Notes under the pieces: model-generated
What the model was told of the DNA's origin: nothing
Seen by the model: only the letters and a program-made list of their open reading frames with translations
The model's database searches: none
Shown here: positions 33,474-43,621 of the stretch, in pieces
Layout: each line of letters opens with the position of its first letter
Numbering within the stretch: position 1 is the stretch's first letter
Program-made: the position numbers and the translations under genes
NCBI GenBank assembly: GCA_043732485.1
Contig: JAYTHP010000230.1
Coordinates: 1 to 54,584, forward strand
Origin: Oligoflexia bacterium
Lineage (GTDB): Bacteria > Bdellovibrionota > UBA1018
Reading direction: 5' to 3'
Length of the DNA: 54,584 nt

Positions 33474-33978
33474 TCACTGTGTAGGTATTTTTTTTCTACT
33501 CCCGGGGTGCTGACAACCCCACCCCCCTAGCTCGCGCCAGGATCCCGGGCCACGCAGCCCTTAAATGTCGCACAGGAGTCCGGAAAACGCCAGCGGGTAA
33601 ACCTCCGCAAAAGAGGACTGATTTTTTTAGCGATTAAAGCTAGTTTTTCATTCCGACTTTTACCAAACTGAAGAGAAGAGTCAAAAGCTTTGACGGAACA
33701 AACCTCAGCGGTGAACCGAGACGTCCAGAGACCTCAAAATCAGTCGGTAAAAGAACAGCTAGGGCCCACGCCCCCGGTGCGTGGGAAATTTTTTGATGCT
33801 TTTTGTGATCCTAAAAAAGCATGGGAAAAGCATCATCAAAAAATGCTATAAAAAACGCTCAGGAAACGACACCTGGCTGTCACCAGAGCGGGAATTTTTC
33901 TCGCTAACCCTTTAACCCGAACACTCACCCCGAACACTTACTTTTGACAGCAACGCACTGAAAAACCTCTCAACCCCT

Positions 33979-35204
33979 TTGGTATCCGAGTCTTTTCAGT
34001 GGAAAAAACTGCGCGCCTCTGACTTCTTCACCTTGCTGGCGTTTTTAGCGCTTGCCACTTTGATCCTTTATTACCGCAGACCGGATCAGTTCCTAAACTC
34101 TTACGTTTGGGCCGAAGAAGGGGAGTCTATCCTCCCTCGTCACCTCACCTCAGCGCTTACCTCTCTCTTAAGCCCCGTGCAAGGCTATCTCATTTTCCCC
34201 CCCAAACTGATCACCGCTCTTTCTTTAGCCTTATCCTGTCGTTACTATCCAGAATTTGCGGCGCTAGGAACCCTTCCTTTTTACCCTGTTTTGCCTGAGC
34301 GCCATTGCCTATAGTCCCACCACGTTGCAACAGCCAAAGCTCTTGACCTAGCCATTTTGCTGGTTCCTACCGACTCAGAGTGCTTCATGGTCTCACTTTG
34401 CGCCTTGTGGTGGGGCTCCTTGCTGATTTTGCCGGCGCTTTTTTGGGCTGGCAAACCGCAGCATCCTGGGCGCCTGAGTCTTGCGCTGATCGCTGGGTTA
34501 TCGTCCCCTTGGGCCATTGCACTTTTGCCGCTTTTCCTGCTGCGGGCGCTTTGGAAAATGGACTAGCGGAAATCCCTATTCTTGGCCTGCTCGGCGTGAC
34601 GTCCTGGATCCAGGGCTTTTTTCTATTGAAAGATCATCGGCCCAGCCGACTACAGGAAGCTTGGGCGAGCCCGGCTTTTTCCCTCCATGACTGCGAAAAG
34701 TTCTTCGGTCAGTTCCTGCTCATGGAGCGCAATCACTGGAGTGAGCGCGCAGTCACGCTCTTGCTTTTTTTCCTCATTTTTTTAACCTTGAAGAACTGGA
34801 AAAAAATTCATTTTAACTTTCTCCAAATCGTTGCCGCTTTACTCGCAACCCAAATCCTATCTTTATCTCGGGTAGGCTGGTTTGCTGATCCCTTTTTAGC
34901 CGCTGGTCGCAATTTTTCCCTCCCGTACATCCTGCTTGCTTTACTCCTCCTCAAGACTCAGCCCTTGGTGCAAAAATTTTCCAGAATCCTAGTTTATGAG
35001 CCGTTTTTTATAGGGATTTTTCATGCCCTCCCCGATTACTCGCGACACCAGGTTGCTGCAAACTGGAAAACAGAAATAGCACCCTGCTTTCAAGCTCACC
35101 CCCCAGAGCAAGTGAAAGTCACCTATTTTACAGACGGAACGCCCGCCAGCATGAAGAGGATCCCAAACAGCTCATTTTGCGGCCAGCAGACTGCAAAAAA
35201 CTGA
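33979..35204 (+). pseudogene. Frameshifted Gtr-like (serotype glucosyltransferase-type) membrane protein
   Basis: RRPDQF...WAEEG N-terminal motif; coding sense continues across about three frame changes (~34272, ~34345, ~34560). Confidence 0.7.
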
Positions 35205-35362
35205 TTGAGCATAGCTGGTGGGACTAGTAGTTGGCTTCAGGGGCTGAATAAGAAGAAAGAGACAACAAGGAAAGAGGCTGACGATGCCTCGCTGGCAGAG
35301 ATCCACTCACGCCTGAATCTCGCAAAAGGCCCCTTAGACCCGGTCAAAAGATCCTGTCAAAG

Positions 35363-35439
35363 TGGTGCGCCCTGTAGGACTTGAACCTACGACCTATCGG
35401 TTATGAGCCGACTGCTCTAACCAGCTGAGCTAAGGGCGC
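35363..35439 (-). tRNA. tRNA with CAU anticodon, most likely tRNA-Ile2 (lysidine)
   Basis: GCGCCCTTAGCTCAGCTGGTTAGAGCAGTCGGCTCATAACCGATAGGTCGTAGGTTCAAGTCCTACAGGGCGCACCA, 77 nt, encoded CCA; resembles ileX and lies downstream of rpoD. Confidence 0.93.
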
Positions 35440-35452
35440 GCTAAAAGGGACT

Positions 35453-35481
35453 AATATAGGTTCAAATTAGCCTCAAGTCCA
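35453..35481 (-). promoter_or_regulatory. Candidate sigma70 promoter of the tRNA
   Basis: Minus strand TGGACT-17 bp-TATATT, 13 bp upstream of the tRNA. Confidence 0.6.
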
Positions 35482-35552
35482 CCTCAGCTCAATCAGCTCA
35501 AGGCAGAGCGCAGGCCGCCGTTTGCGGTTTTGCACCGCTTTTAGGGAAAATA

Positions 35553-37493
35553 CTAAGAATCAATAAACGCTTTTAATAACTTCGCCCGAGAAGGATGGCG
35601 CAATTTTCGCAGCGCCTTGGCCTCAATTTGGCGAATCCGCTCGCGGGTGACGTAAAAATCCTGCCCCACTTCTTCCAGCGTATGATCCGATTTTTCACCG
35701 ATCCCGAAACGCATGCGCAAGACTTTTTCTTCCCGCGGCGTTAGCGTCGCCAAGACCTTGCGGGTTTGCTCCGACAAGTTGATGTTCATCACGGCGTCTG
35801 CCGGATTGATAATCTTTTTATCTTCAATAAAATCGCCTAAGTACGAATCTTCCTCTTCCCCAATCGGGGTTTCAAGCGAAATCGGCTCTTTCGCAATCTT
35901 GAGCACCTTGCGTACCTTATCCACCGGCAATTCCATCTTGACGGCAACTTCTTCTGGCGTCGGTTCACGACCCAGCCGCTGCACCAACAAGCGTGATGTG
36001 CGAATCAACTTATTGATCGTCTCAATCATATGCACCGGGATACGAATCGTTCGCGCCTGATCGGCAATCGCCCGCGTAATGGCCTGCCTGATCCACCACG
36101 TCGCATAAGTTGAAAACTTGTAACCGCGACGGTATTCAAACTTATCCACAGCCTTCATCAACCCAATATTGCCTTCTTGAATCAGATCCAAGAACTGTAA
36201 GCCGCGGTTGGTGTACTTTTTAGCAATCGACACCACCAGCCGCAAATTAGCCTCGACCAGCTCACTTTTTGCCTGGTCAGCCTTGCGCTCACCAATCGTT
36301 AAGGTGTTGTAAATGCGGTGTAATTCTTCTAACGAAATCCCGGCTTCGCTTTCTAAACTGACAATACGACCGGCGATCTCCTGCTCCGAGCTAATCAACT
36401 GAGTGAGCTTGACTAAGCTGACATCATACTCCCGGCACAAGACCGAGCGCTGATCGACCTTCGTATGGAAGATCTCAGCCACTTTTTTCATCATCGAGGC
36501 GTCTTTCACCCCAAGAAAATTGAAAACCTTCCTGCGCTCCTCAGCCACGTCCTTGCCACGACTCCAAAAACCCTTAATCTTGCCCGACAGCTGATTGATT
36601 GTCTTGCGGTTAAAAGCAATGTCTTGAAAGGCCGCTTCCACTTCTTTTTCCTGCAGCCTGATCTGCTCTTTCAGCTTAGCCTTACCCCGCAAGCCTCGCT
36701 TCGCCTTCACCGCCTGCGCCCCAGCGCCACTCCCGCCACCACTCGTGCTGCTGCTGCTGCTACTTTCTAAAACCAACGCACCTGCAACTGCCTCAGCCAA
36801 GGTCGCAGTTTCCCCTTCGCCCTCGACCGCATGGAGCGCGCCTTCTTGGATCGTCACCAAGGCCTTCACCTTAGCAATGGCATTTAAAACCTTATCGAGG
36901 TATTTTTTCTCATCATCGAGCGAGACTTCTTCATCCACCCCGCGAATGACATCCTTCACTTTGGTGCGAGCTGACGACAAGCGCTCACCCAAATCGACAA
37001 TCGCAAGCGTGCCCAGGGTTGAAGCGAGGAGCGCTCGTAAAATCTCCACTTCCCCTTCCTCAATCCGCTTCGCAATTTCCACTTCCCCTTCGCGGGTTAA
37101 AAGCGAAACACTGCCCATTTTTTTGAGATAGAGCTTAACAGGATCAGCACCCCTCACCACATCACTGGGCGGAGCTTCTTCGCCGTCCTCCCCTGCAAGT
37201 TGCGATCCCACGCCCAATCCAGACTCTTCCGACTCGTCTTCATCATCCGAGTCTTTCAGTCTTTTAATCGAGTCGAGGACCTCAATTTCGTTTTCTTGCA
37301 AAAGGTGCAGCACTTCATCGATGACCGCTAAGGAAATAAAATCGGGTGGCATCAGCTCATGGACTTCTTCAAAAGTCAAATAGCCCCGCTGCACTCCCAT
37401 ATCTAAGAGTTTTTTTATCTCTTTATTTTTATTTAGATTTTGGCCACTGTCAGATTTCGGAGAGGAGGAATTAGAGTCCTTATTCTTCATCAT
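35553..37493 (-). CDS. rpoD: RNA polymerase primary sigma factor
   Basis: [81 protein letters not shown]. Confidence 0.99.
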   Translation of the reverse strand: MMKNKDSNSSSPKSDSGQNLNKNKEIKKLLDMGVQRGYLTFEEVHELMPPDFISLAVIDEVLHLLQENEIEVLDSIKRLKDSDDEDESEESGLGVGSQLAGEDGEEAPPSDVVRGADPVKLYLKKMGSVSLLTREGEVEIAKRIEEGEVEILRALLASTLGTLAIVDLGERLSSARTKVKDVIRGVDEEVSLDDEKKYLDKVLNAIAKVKALVTIQEGALHAVEGEGETATLAEAVAGALVLESSSSSSTSGGGSGAGAQAVKAKRGLRGKAKLKEQIRLQEKEVEAAFQDIAFNRKTINQLSGKIKGFWSRGKDVAEERRKVFNFLGVKDASMMKKVAEIFHTKVDQRSVLCREYDVSLVKLTQLISSEQEIAGRIVSLESEAGISLEELHRIYNTLTIGERKADQAKSELVEANLRLVVSIAKKYTNRGLQFLDLIQEGNIGLMKAVDKFEYRRGYKFSTYATWWIRQAITRAIADQARTIRIPVHMIETINKLIRTSRLLVQRLGREPTPEEVAVKMELPVDKVRKVLKIAKEPISLETPIGEEEDSYLGDFIEDKKIINPADAVMNINLSEQTRKVLATLTPREEKVLRMRFGIGEKSDHTLEEVGQDFYVTRERIRQIEAKALRKLRHPSRAKLLKAFIDS

Positions 37494-39588
37494 ACAACTG
37501 TTTAAGATCGTTTATTTTTCTCTGAACGTCAAGGTAATCTTTCATTTTCTTAGCCTGCCACTCAAGCTGGCGCGCCCGTTCAGCCTGTGCAATTTCTTTG
37601 CGAATGGCTTGAGCCACCTGCCGCCATAACCGGTGCAAGGCTCGGTGCAAGGCGCGCTTAAACTCTTCTTGCACCAGCTCACTCTTCATGGCAGCAGCAC
37701 TGACGAGCGCGCGAATCTCTAAATCCTCAATCATTTCAAAGTCTAAGCGCTCAAGCACGCTTGCTTGCTCCTCCGTGCGAAAGCCCGCAGGAAAGAGGAT
37801 TTGCACCCAGTGACGCAAAAAAGCATCCTCCCACAAGGCGGTCCAAGAGAGCTCCGGAGGCATTTGCGCCACCACTTCCTGCCAGTGCGCTGCAACCTGC
37901 TGGGTGTCGGCAAGCAGGCCTTGCAGCAGGATGCGATCGGAGGCACCAAGCTTGCCGCGGCGCCGCGCGCCGCCCCACCGCGTCGCTTCACCTCTTGCGA
38001 CCCCACCACCACCATCACCATCACCACCAGGATGAGGAGGAGCCTGAGGAGCCTGAGGAGCCTGAGGAGCCTGAGGAGAATGAAGAGGAGAGTGAAGATG
38101 CCGAGCCGGGACCGGCAGGGTTAAAACCGCAGAAGGGTAGGAAGCAGCAAACTGCGCTTGACTGGGCGCTGGCTTAGGGAGGATTTTTTGCACTCCCTGC
38201 CCCTGGCGCAGCTCCCGCATCAGCTCCTCACTGAGCCCCAGCCGTTTGGCCACCTGTTGCCAGCGCACTTTACTGCCAATCGGGTCTTGCAGTCGACTCA
38301 GCCACCCTTTGATCTGCTTGAGCGCTTGCACGGCGTGCTCGGAGGATAGGCCAAAGCCTTGCCCGTCACTTTGGCCGTAACTCTTGAGAATGATTTGCAC
38401 TTGTGCTTCAATCTTGTGATCCAGCAGCGGCTGAGCTTGCGCCAGCAGCTGCTGCAGCTGGAAAGCGCCGTCTTTTTGTGCTAAAAACTCATCCGGGTCC
38501 AGCCCGGCCGGTAGATGCGCACCCCTGAGCACGATCCCTTGCTCTAAGCCCACTTCCATGGCCCGCTCGGTAGCAGCTTGCCCGGCTGAGTCGCCGTCAA
38601 ACAGCACGATGATGTTTTCTGAAAACCTGCGCAGCAGCTTCAGATGATCGACGCTCAGCGCCGTGCCGCAGGTGGCTACCGCATGTTCAAAGCCATGGAC
38701 ACTTAAGGCCAGGACATCAAAGTAGCCTTCCACCAGCAGCAGCTCGTCTTTTTCCCGGATCATTTTTTGCGCTTGATACAAGCCAAACACCAGCTGACTT
38801 TTGTGAAAGATCAAGCTCTCAGGGGAGTTCAGGTACTTGGGATGTACGTCACCCGTCAGCGCCCGGCCGCCGAAGCCTGCAATTTTACCGCGTAAATTAA
38901 GGATCGGGAAAATGATCCGGCCGCGAAAATGATCGTAACAGTCTTTCAGCTGCTCTTGAGCACTCTTTGGCACCGGCAAAGTTTCGGGTAAACTCTCCAC
39001 CGCTAGCGCCAGTCTTTTGTGCGCGCGCACTAAGCCAATCTCCAGCGCTAGATCAAGCGGCGCCTTGCTTTTGGCGAAATAGTCCGTCAACTCCCCCCAA
39101 TCGTCCAACGCCGCCCCTAAAAAAAAGCGATCCACTTGGGTCTGTGGCACCTGTCGCTGCCTGAGATAGCGTTGAAACAACCCCTCGGTCTTGAGATTTT
39201 GCTGAAAGTGTACCAAAGCAAAACGATTGAGCTTGAAGGCAAGCGCGATTTTCTGTTGCTGGGCTGAGAGTTGCTCGCTGCCTTGCGCACGAAAACCGAC
39301 CAGCGGAATCTTGGCGCGCTCTGCTAACTCCTCAATCGCCTGTGCAAAACTCAACCCCAGTATCTCCATGACGAAGCTGACGCTGTCGCCGCCTTTCTTA
39401 CAGCCATAGCAGTGATACAGTTGCTTGACTTCATGCACACTAAACGACGGCGTGCGCTCGGAGTGAAAGGGGCACAGCCCAACATAATTGGCCCCGACCT
39501 TGCGCAACACGACATGCTCGCCCACCAGCTCCAGCAGATGGGTGGCATCCTTAATCTTCTTGAGTAATTCGGGTGGGATGCGCGACAC
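37480..39588 (-). CDS. dnaG: DNA primase (GTG start at 39588)
   Basis: [45 protein letters not shown]; GAGAGGGA SD before GTG. Confidence 0.97.
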   Translation of the reverse strand: MSRIPPELLKKIKDATHLLELVGEHVVLRKVGANYVGLCPFHSERTPSFSVHEVKQLYHCYGCKKGGDSVSFVMEILGLSFAQAIEELAERAKIPLVGFRAQGSEQLSAQQQKIALAFKLNRFALVHFQQNLKTEGLFQRYLRQRQVPQTQVDRFFLGAALDDWGELTDYFAKSKAPLDLALEIGLVRAHKRLALAVESLPETLPVPKSAQEQLKDCYDHFRGRIIFPILNLRGKIAGFGGRALTGDVHPKYLNSPESLIFHKSQLVFGLYQAQKMIREKDELLLVEGYFDVLALSVHGFEHAVATCGTALSVDHLKLLRRFSENIIVLFDGDSAGQAATERAMEVGLEQGIVLRGAHLPAGLDPDEFLAQKDGAFQLQQLLAQAQPLLDHKIEAQVQIILKSYGQSDGQGFGLSSEHAVQALKQIKGWLSRLQDPIGSKVRWQQVAKRLGLSEELMRELRQGQGVQKILPKPAPSQAQFAASYPSAVLTLPVPARHLHSPLHSPQAPQAPQAPQAPPHPGGDGDGGGGVARGEATRWGGARRRGKLGASDRILLQGLLADTQQVAAHWQEVVAQMPPELSWTALWEDAFLRHWVQILFPAGFRTEEQASVLERLDFEMIEDLEIRALVSAAAMKSELVQEEFKRALHRALHRLWRQVAQAIRKEIAQAERARQLEWQAKKMKDYLDVQRKINDLKQLYDEE
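38039..38074. repeat. 4 x 9-bp perfect tandem repeat, (PQA)n in the DnaG linker
   Basis: (ggagcctga)4, next to a (cac/cat)n run at ~38003-38028. Confidence 0.9.
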
Positions 39589-40285
39589 GTCCCTCTCTTT
39601 CTCGCGGCACTCCTTCCAGCCGCGCGGAACCGATGACAAAACGCCACGGCAGGGTGGACGCCACCCCGATGCGCGAGGTGACTTGAAACTGGGGAACGTG
39701 AAAGCCATCGCACAAGACCCGGATCCGGAGGGCGGGCTTTGGGTCTTGTTGTTGCTGCTGCCTTTTACCACAAACACGCAAGCCATTGGCCACTAGCCCC
39801 ACCCCCAAGGCCTGACTCAAACGAGCTGGGCCAATGACGTTCCCCTCGCGGCCATCACGCCCACCCCGACGCTTGCTCATCAAACACGGGTTCAGCAGCG
39901 GCTCTAAGGCTCGCAACAACACCGCACCCGGCTGTCCTTCAGGCTCAGTCACGAGGTTCAGCAGGGAATGCAAACCATACACCCAATACACGTAAGCTCG
40001 CCCCGGCGGCCCAAACATCACGCTTGAGCGCGGCGTCCTCCCGCGCGCCGCATGCGAGGCTGGATCGTCGGCCCCACGGTAAGCCTCCGTTTCCAGGATC
40101 CTACCAGCGGACACCCCTTCCGAGGTTTGCACCCAGATGATTTTCCCCAGCAAATCTTGGGCGACTTGCAGCGAGTGACGCTCGTAAAAAGCCTGAGGCA
40201 AATCCCGCCACCGCTTCTCGTGAGCCACCCCACCACCACCACCACCCGACGTCGTCGTCGTCAAGCTAAAGTCCGCGAGCCCCAC
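39551..40285 (-). CDS. mpg: DNA-3-methyladenine glycosylase (MPG/AAG family)
   Basis: VAQDLLGK, ILETEAY, DPASHA, MFGPPGRAYVY..YG, GAVLLRALEP, RIGV...PWRF. Confidence 0.93.
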   Translation of the reverse strand: MGLADFSLTTTTSGGGGGGVAHEKRWRDLPQAFYERHSLQVAQDLLGKIIWVQTSEGVSAGRILETEAYRGADDPASHAARGRTPRSSVMFGPPGRAYVYWVYGLHSLLNLVTEPEGQPGAVLLRALEPLLNPCLMSKRRGGRDGREGNVIGPARLSQALGVGLVANGLRVCGKRQQQQQDPKPALRIRVLCDGFHVPQFQVTSRIGVASTLPWRFVIGSARLEGVPREREGRVAHPTRITQED

Positions 40286-40826
40286 CCGCCGGGGCTGCCA
40301 CCGCCGCTAGTTTGGCTCTCACCCTCGCGTTCACCGACTTCCCGTCAGCCCGCCCCTGGGTCACCGCTTGCAGGCGCTTCATCAACGCGCCCTGGTCTTT
40401 TAAGCTCAACTCGCTAACCGGTTTTCCCTGCTGCAAAGCTTCAGCAAGTACCGCCTGCTCGACCGCCTGCTCCAGCTCCGTTTCGCTCATCTGAGCGGGC
40501 AAATAGCTGAACAAAAACTGTAACTCAGCCTGCTCAGCTGCCACTAAATCGGCGCGCGCGGCTTTTTGAAATTGCTCAATAGAATCGTGGCGTTGCTTCA
40601 CCAGACTGGCCACAATTTCTTGCACTTCGTGATCGAGGAGATCTTTTTTTTGGTCAATTTCTTTTTTGCGAATCGGCGCAAGTAAGTTGCGGGCAAACGC
40701 CAGCGTCTGGGCGTCGCGGGCCTTCATCAAGCGGGTGATTTGTGCCTTCAAACGCTCCTTGAGTGAAGCGTGCGGGGGCAGAGAGGCCGGAGTCGAAGTC
40801 AGCTCAGAGCCGTTGTGGTCGGTCAT
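40266..40826 (-). CDS. GatB/YqeY domain protein
   Basis: LKERL...MKARD, VKQRHDSIEQF..A.RADL, YLPAQMSE, GRADGK. Confidence 0.93.
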   Translation of the reverse strand: MTDHNGSELTSTPASLPPHASLKERLKAQITRLMKARDAQTLAFARNLLAPIRKKEIDQKKDLLDHEVQEIVASLVKQRHDSIEQFQKAARADLVAAEQAELQFLFSYLPAQMSETELEQAVEQAVLAEALQQGKPVSELSLKDQGALMKRLQAVTQGRADGKSVNARVRAKLAAVAAPAGGARGL

Positions 40827-40874
40827 CAGTCACCTATTTCTTTTTTGTTGCCTCAACGACGAGGCAGTTTTTTG

Positions 40875-40949
40875 AAAAAAAAAGGAAACCCGCAAGGGTG
40901 TGCGCTTCTTCTCAGAGGCGCACACTTACTTTGCACAGTTTCCTTTTTT
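40875..40949. terminator. Long hairpin/terminator downstream of rpsU
   Basis: AAAAAAGGAAAC...GTGTGCGC-loop-GCGCACAC...GTTTCCTTTTTT nested stem with A and T tracts on both sides. Confidence 0.7.
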
Positions 40950-41033
40950 CTCATTTTTAGACTGAAGCCCAAAGTCTGAAGGCTTCATGCGCACCCCTCG
41001 CTCACCCAAAGAGGAGGGGTGAGGGCGGGGAGT

Positions 41034-41231
41034 TTAAGCCCGCGCAGGACGGCCTTTTTTCACTAATCGTTTGCGCGCAGCAATGGCCTTCTTTTTTCGC
41101 TTCACAGAAGGCTTTTCATAGGCTTCGCGTTTCCGGACTTCTGATAAAATTCCTGCTTTTTCACATTGCTTCTTAAATTTTTTCAGCGCCGCTTCAAAAG
41201 AATCGCCTTCACGAATTGCAATACCTGGCAT
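41034..41231 (-). CDS. rpsU: 30S ribosomal protein S21
   Basis: [37 protein letters not shown]; GGAGGTG SD. Confidence 0.98.
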   Translation of the reverse strand: MPGIAIREGDSFEAALKKFKKQCEKAGILSEVRKREAYEKPSVKRKKKAIAARKRLVKKGRPARA

Positions 41232-41417
41232 AGTTCACTCACCTCCTCGTCGTTTTTGCCTGAATCACAAGAGGTCTCGCGAATAGTCTCGCGGAGGTCT
41301 CTCATGGATCTTTATGGGTCTCTTGGGCGTCTCGTGTCCCCCTTGTCATCATCATCAACATCCTACGACGACGTCAAGACCACCCTGTTTTTTTCATTTC
41401 CAAAAATTTCTATGAGT

Positions 41418-42440
41418 TTAACCGACTTTCGGCTCTAACGCCACTAAAATTCCACCCCGGCCCCCCCCGGTCAGTTTCACCGCCTCAGCCCCCCCTGCCA
41501 GCAGTTCCTGCTCCAGCTCAGCGACCTGGCTGGGCACTAAATCCCAATCATAGAAGCACTGCCTGGCGCGCTGGATGGCTGCAATCAGCTGCTCCCGACC
41601 GCTTCGACCGCGGGACTCAGCAAAAATGCGCAAGCCTGCAATGGCTTGCTCGGAAGCAAGTTGCATACTCTCATCGATCCGCTGGGCCTTTTCCGGTTGC
41701 TCGGCCACTAGCTGCTGGACCTGGGCGACGGCCTCCCGGGTGCGGGAGCGCAAGTGGGTGTCATGAAAGGAGAAGGTTGGTAAATCCGCCCCTGCCACCC
41801 CGAGCAGGCGCGCCCCGTCCCGGATTGAGAAAATAATGGGCGCCTTCAAGGCAATCACCGCCACATCCAGCCCGCTGCTATGGCCATGAAAAAAGTGCTC
41901 TAACTGGGTGGCAAAGGCAATCAGGCGATTGACGTCCGTCAGGCGCGCCTCTTGCGCGCCAAACACCCCTTGCTGCACCAGCCACTGCGTCAGTGCCACG
42001 CACAGCGCCGCCGACGAACCAAACCCTGCACCCATCGGCACCGAACTGGTAATGGCAAGCGAGCCTTTCACCAAAAGCGGCGCCAAGCCTTGCCTGATGA
42101 GTAACTCATTCATGTACTGAAACAAGGCTGCAATCATCTGAGTCGATTGTTCTTCCTGCTGCACCGACTCAGCCCCCACAACCTCGCGTAAGCCAGGCGT
42201 TGCTGGGTGACTGGAGAAGACCCGTAAGCCCGGTAAGTCCTGATCCTCTTGAAAACTGAGCGTCAAGCCGCGCCCGACAAGCGGTAAAGCCACGGCCGTC
42301 TTACCGCGCAGTACCGCGTGCTCCCCCGTCAGCACCCACTTCCCAGGCACTTGGGTTTGAAACCGTCCGGCGTGATGAGACACCTGATGAGACGCCTGAT
42401 GAGACGCCTGATGATGCAGGCTTAGGTCAGTTTGACTCAT
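41418..42440 (-). CDS. mvk: Mevalonate kinase (GHMP)
   Basis: PGKWVLTGEHAV, PMGAGFGSSAA, HGHSSGLD, KLTGGGRGG. Confidence 0.88.
   Translation of the reverse strand: MSQTDLSLHHQASHQASHQVSHHAGRFQTQVPGKWVLTGEHAVLRGKTAVALPLVGRGLTLSFQEDQDLPGLRVFSSHPATPGLREVVGAESVQQEEQSTQMIAALFQYMNELLIRQGLAPLLVKGSLAITSSVPMGAGFGSSAALCVALTQWLVQQGVFGAQEARLTDVNRLIAFATQLEHFFHGHSSGLDVAVIALKAPIIFSIRDGARLLGVAGADLPTFSFHDTHLRSRTREAVAQVQQLVAEQPEKAQRIDESMQLASEQAIAGLRIFAESRGRSGREQLIAAIQRARQCFYDWDLVPSQVAELEQELLAGGAEAVKLTGGGRGGILVALEPKVG
42373..42414. repeat. 3.5 x 12-bp tandem repeat encoding HQASHQASHQVSH at the Mvk N-terminus
   Basis: tgatgagacacc / tgatgagacgcc / tgatgagacgcc / tgatga. Confidence 0.85.
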
Positions 42441-43621
42441 AACAGCGCTAGGCTTGCGCCCCTCCCCGCCTCATCTTCTAGCACCAGGAACTGCGGAAAT
42501 TGGCTCCGCAAACGCTCCTGCCAGCGCTCTTTTTCCTGGGCTAGCACGGTGATATGGACATTGGCGCCCGCATCCAGCGTGACAATCACAGGCTGAGGCT
42601 TGCCCTGATGCTCGCCCGTCGACGACGCGTCGCCCACGCGAGCATCACCACCCTCACTGCTGCTACTACTCGTGCCTTGCACCCAAGGCCTTAACCACTG
42701 CAACACAGCAAGCGTCCCTGGCTCAAAGTAAGAAAAATCCTCTTGCGCGGTATGAAACAAACTATGCATCTCCCAAGCCTCAGCCCAAGCCAGCCGCGCT
42801 AAAGACTGCAGTTGCCCTTGCTCCAGGGCAACTCTTGCCGCTTGCACCCGACTGCAGGCCCGCGCTTGTCGTCCTTCCCACAAAGGTGAAGTCTTCACCC
42901 GCAAGTGGGCGCTTGAGGACGACACGGATTTGGGTTCCTGACTCACCAAAACCACAAAATGGGCAAGCGGCGGACAGCGATCACTGGCAAAGCCGTGGGC
43001 GTCCGCACCCGACCACACCACCCAGGGACCGGCAAAAGAGCGAATCGCACTGCCTGACCCCCGACGAGCTAAACGCCACAGCGCCTGCCGCAATTCCTGC
43101 GGCAGTAGCAAGTGCTCATCCGCGCCAAAGAGCTCGGGCTTCTCGCACAGCGCCGCCACCGCTGCAAGCGTTAAGGCGGCAAACGCCGAAGCACTTGAGG
43201 CAATCCCGGCTGACGGCGGAAAGGTGTTGGCCGAGCGTAAGATCCAAGACGTGGGCTGCCCCCCCCCTTTTCTGGCCAAAGGCAGGCCGTAGAGGGGGAA
43301 AAACTCAGCCACCCACTCCTGCACCCTTGAGAGATGCCGCGTTATTTTTTCTTCCCCCTCCGGGGCAGGCGGGATCCAGCGTGCCAGTCGCTTTTGCTCA
43401 GGCGTAAGCGAAAGGGGGGCCTCGCGCACCCACTGCCAGCTGCTACCCCCACTTTCCGGCCCGGGCGTGAGTTCCATCCAGGTTTTTAAGCGATTTAAGG
43501 TCATAGACAGACTGTCATTCCAGGGCAAGTTGCACGACGCATCCCGCTTCCCCATATACTTGACCAGCGCAATATTGGCGGGCGCTTGCGCCCGGATGAT
43601 TAGTGCGTCGTGGGATGCCAT
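42437..43621 (-). CDS. mvaD: Diphosphomevalonate decarboxylase
   Basis: APANIALVKYMGK, NTFPPSAGIASSAS, RRGSGSAIRS, MHSLF, TLDAGANVH. Confidence 0.93.
   Translation of the reverse strand: MASHDALIIRAQAPANIALVKYMGKRDASCNLPWNDSLSMTLNRLKTWMELTPGPESGGSSWQWVREAPLSLTPEQKRLARWIPPAPEGEEKITRHLSRVQEWVAEFFPLYGLPLARKGGGQPTSWILRSANTFPPSAGIASSASAFAALTLAAVAALCEKPELFGADEHLLLPQELRQALWRLARRGSGSAIRSFAGPWVVWSGADAHGFASDRCPPLAHFVVLVSQEPKSVSSSSAHLRVKTSPLWEGRQARACSRVQAARVALEQGQLQSLARLAWAEAWEMHSLFHTAQEDFSYFEPGTLAVLQWLRPWVQGTSSSSSEGGDARVGDASSTGEHQGKPQPVIVTLDAGANVHITVLAQEKERWQERLRSQFPQFLVLEDEAGRGASLALL

Noticed and set aside
35363-35439. Calling the CAU tRNA initiator or elongator Met
   Set aside because: G1-C72 is paired and the three G-C anticodon-stem pairs of fMet are absent; sequence and position resemble Ile2 (elongator Met not fully excluded)
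37761-38177. Plus-strand ORF with a poly-His tract and EEP repeats
   Set aside because: Antisense reading of the DnaG low-complexity linker
39589-39786. DnaG N-terminal extension from the ORF track
   Set aside because: Overlaps the mpg coding region; SD and homology start at GTG 39588
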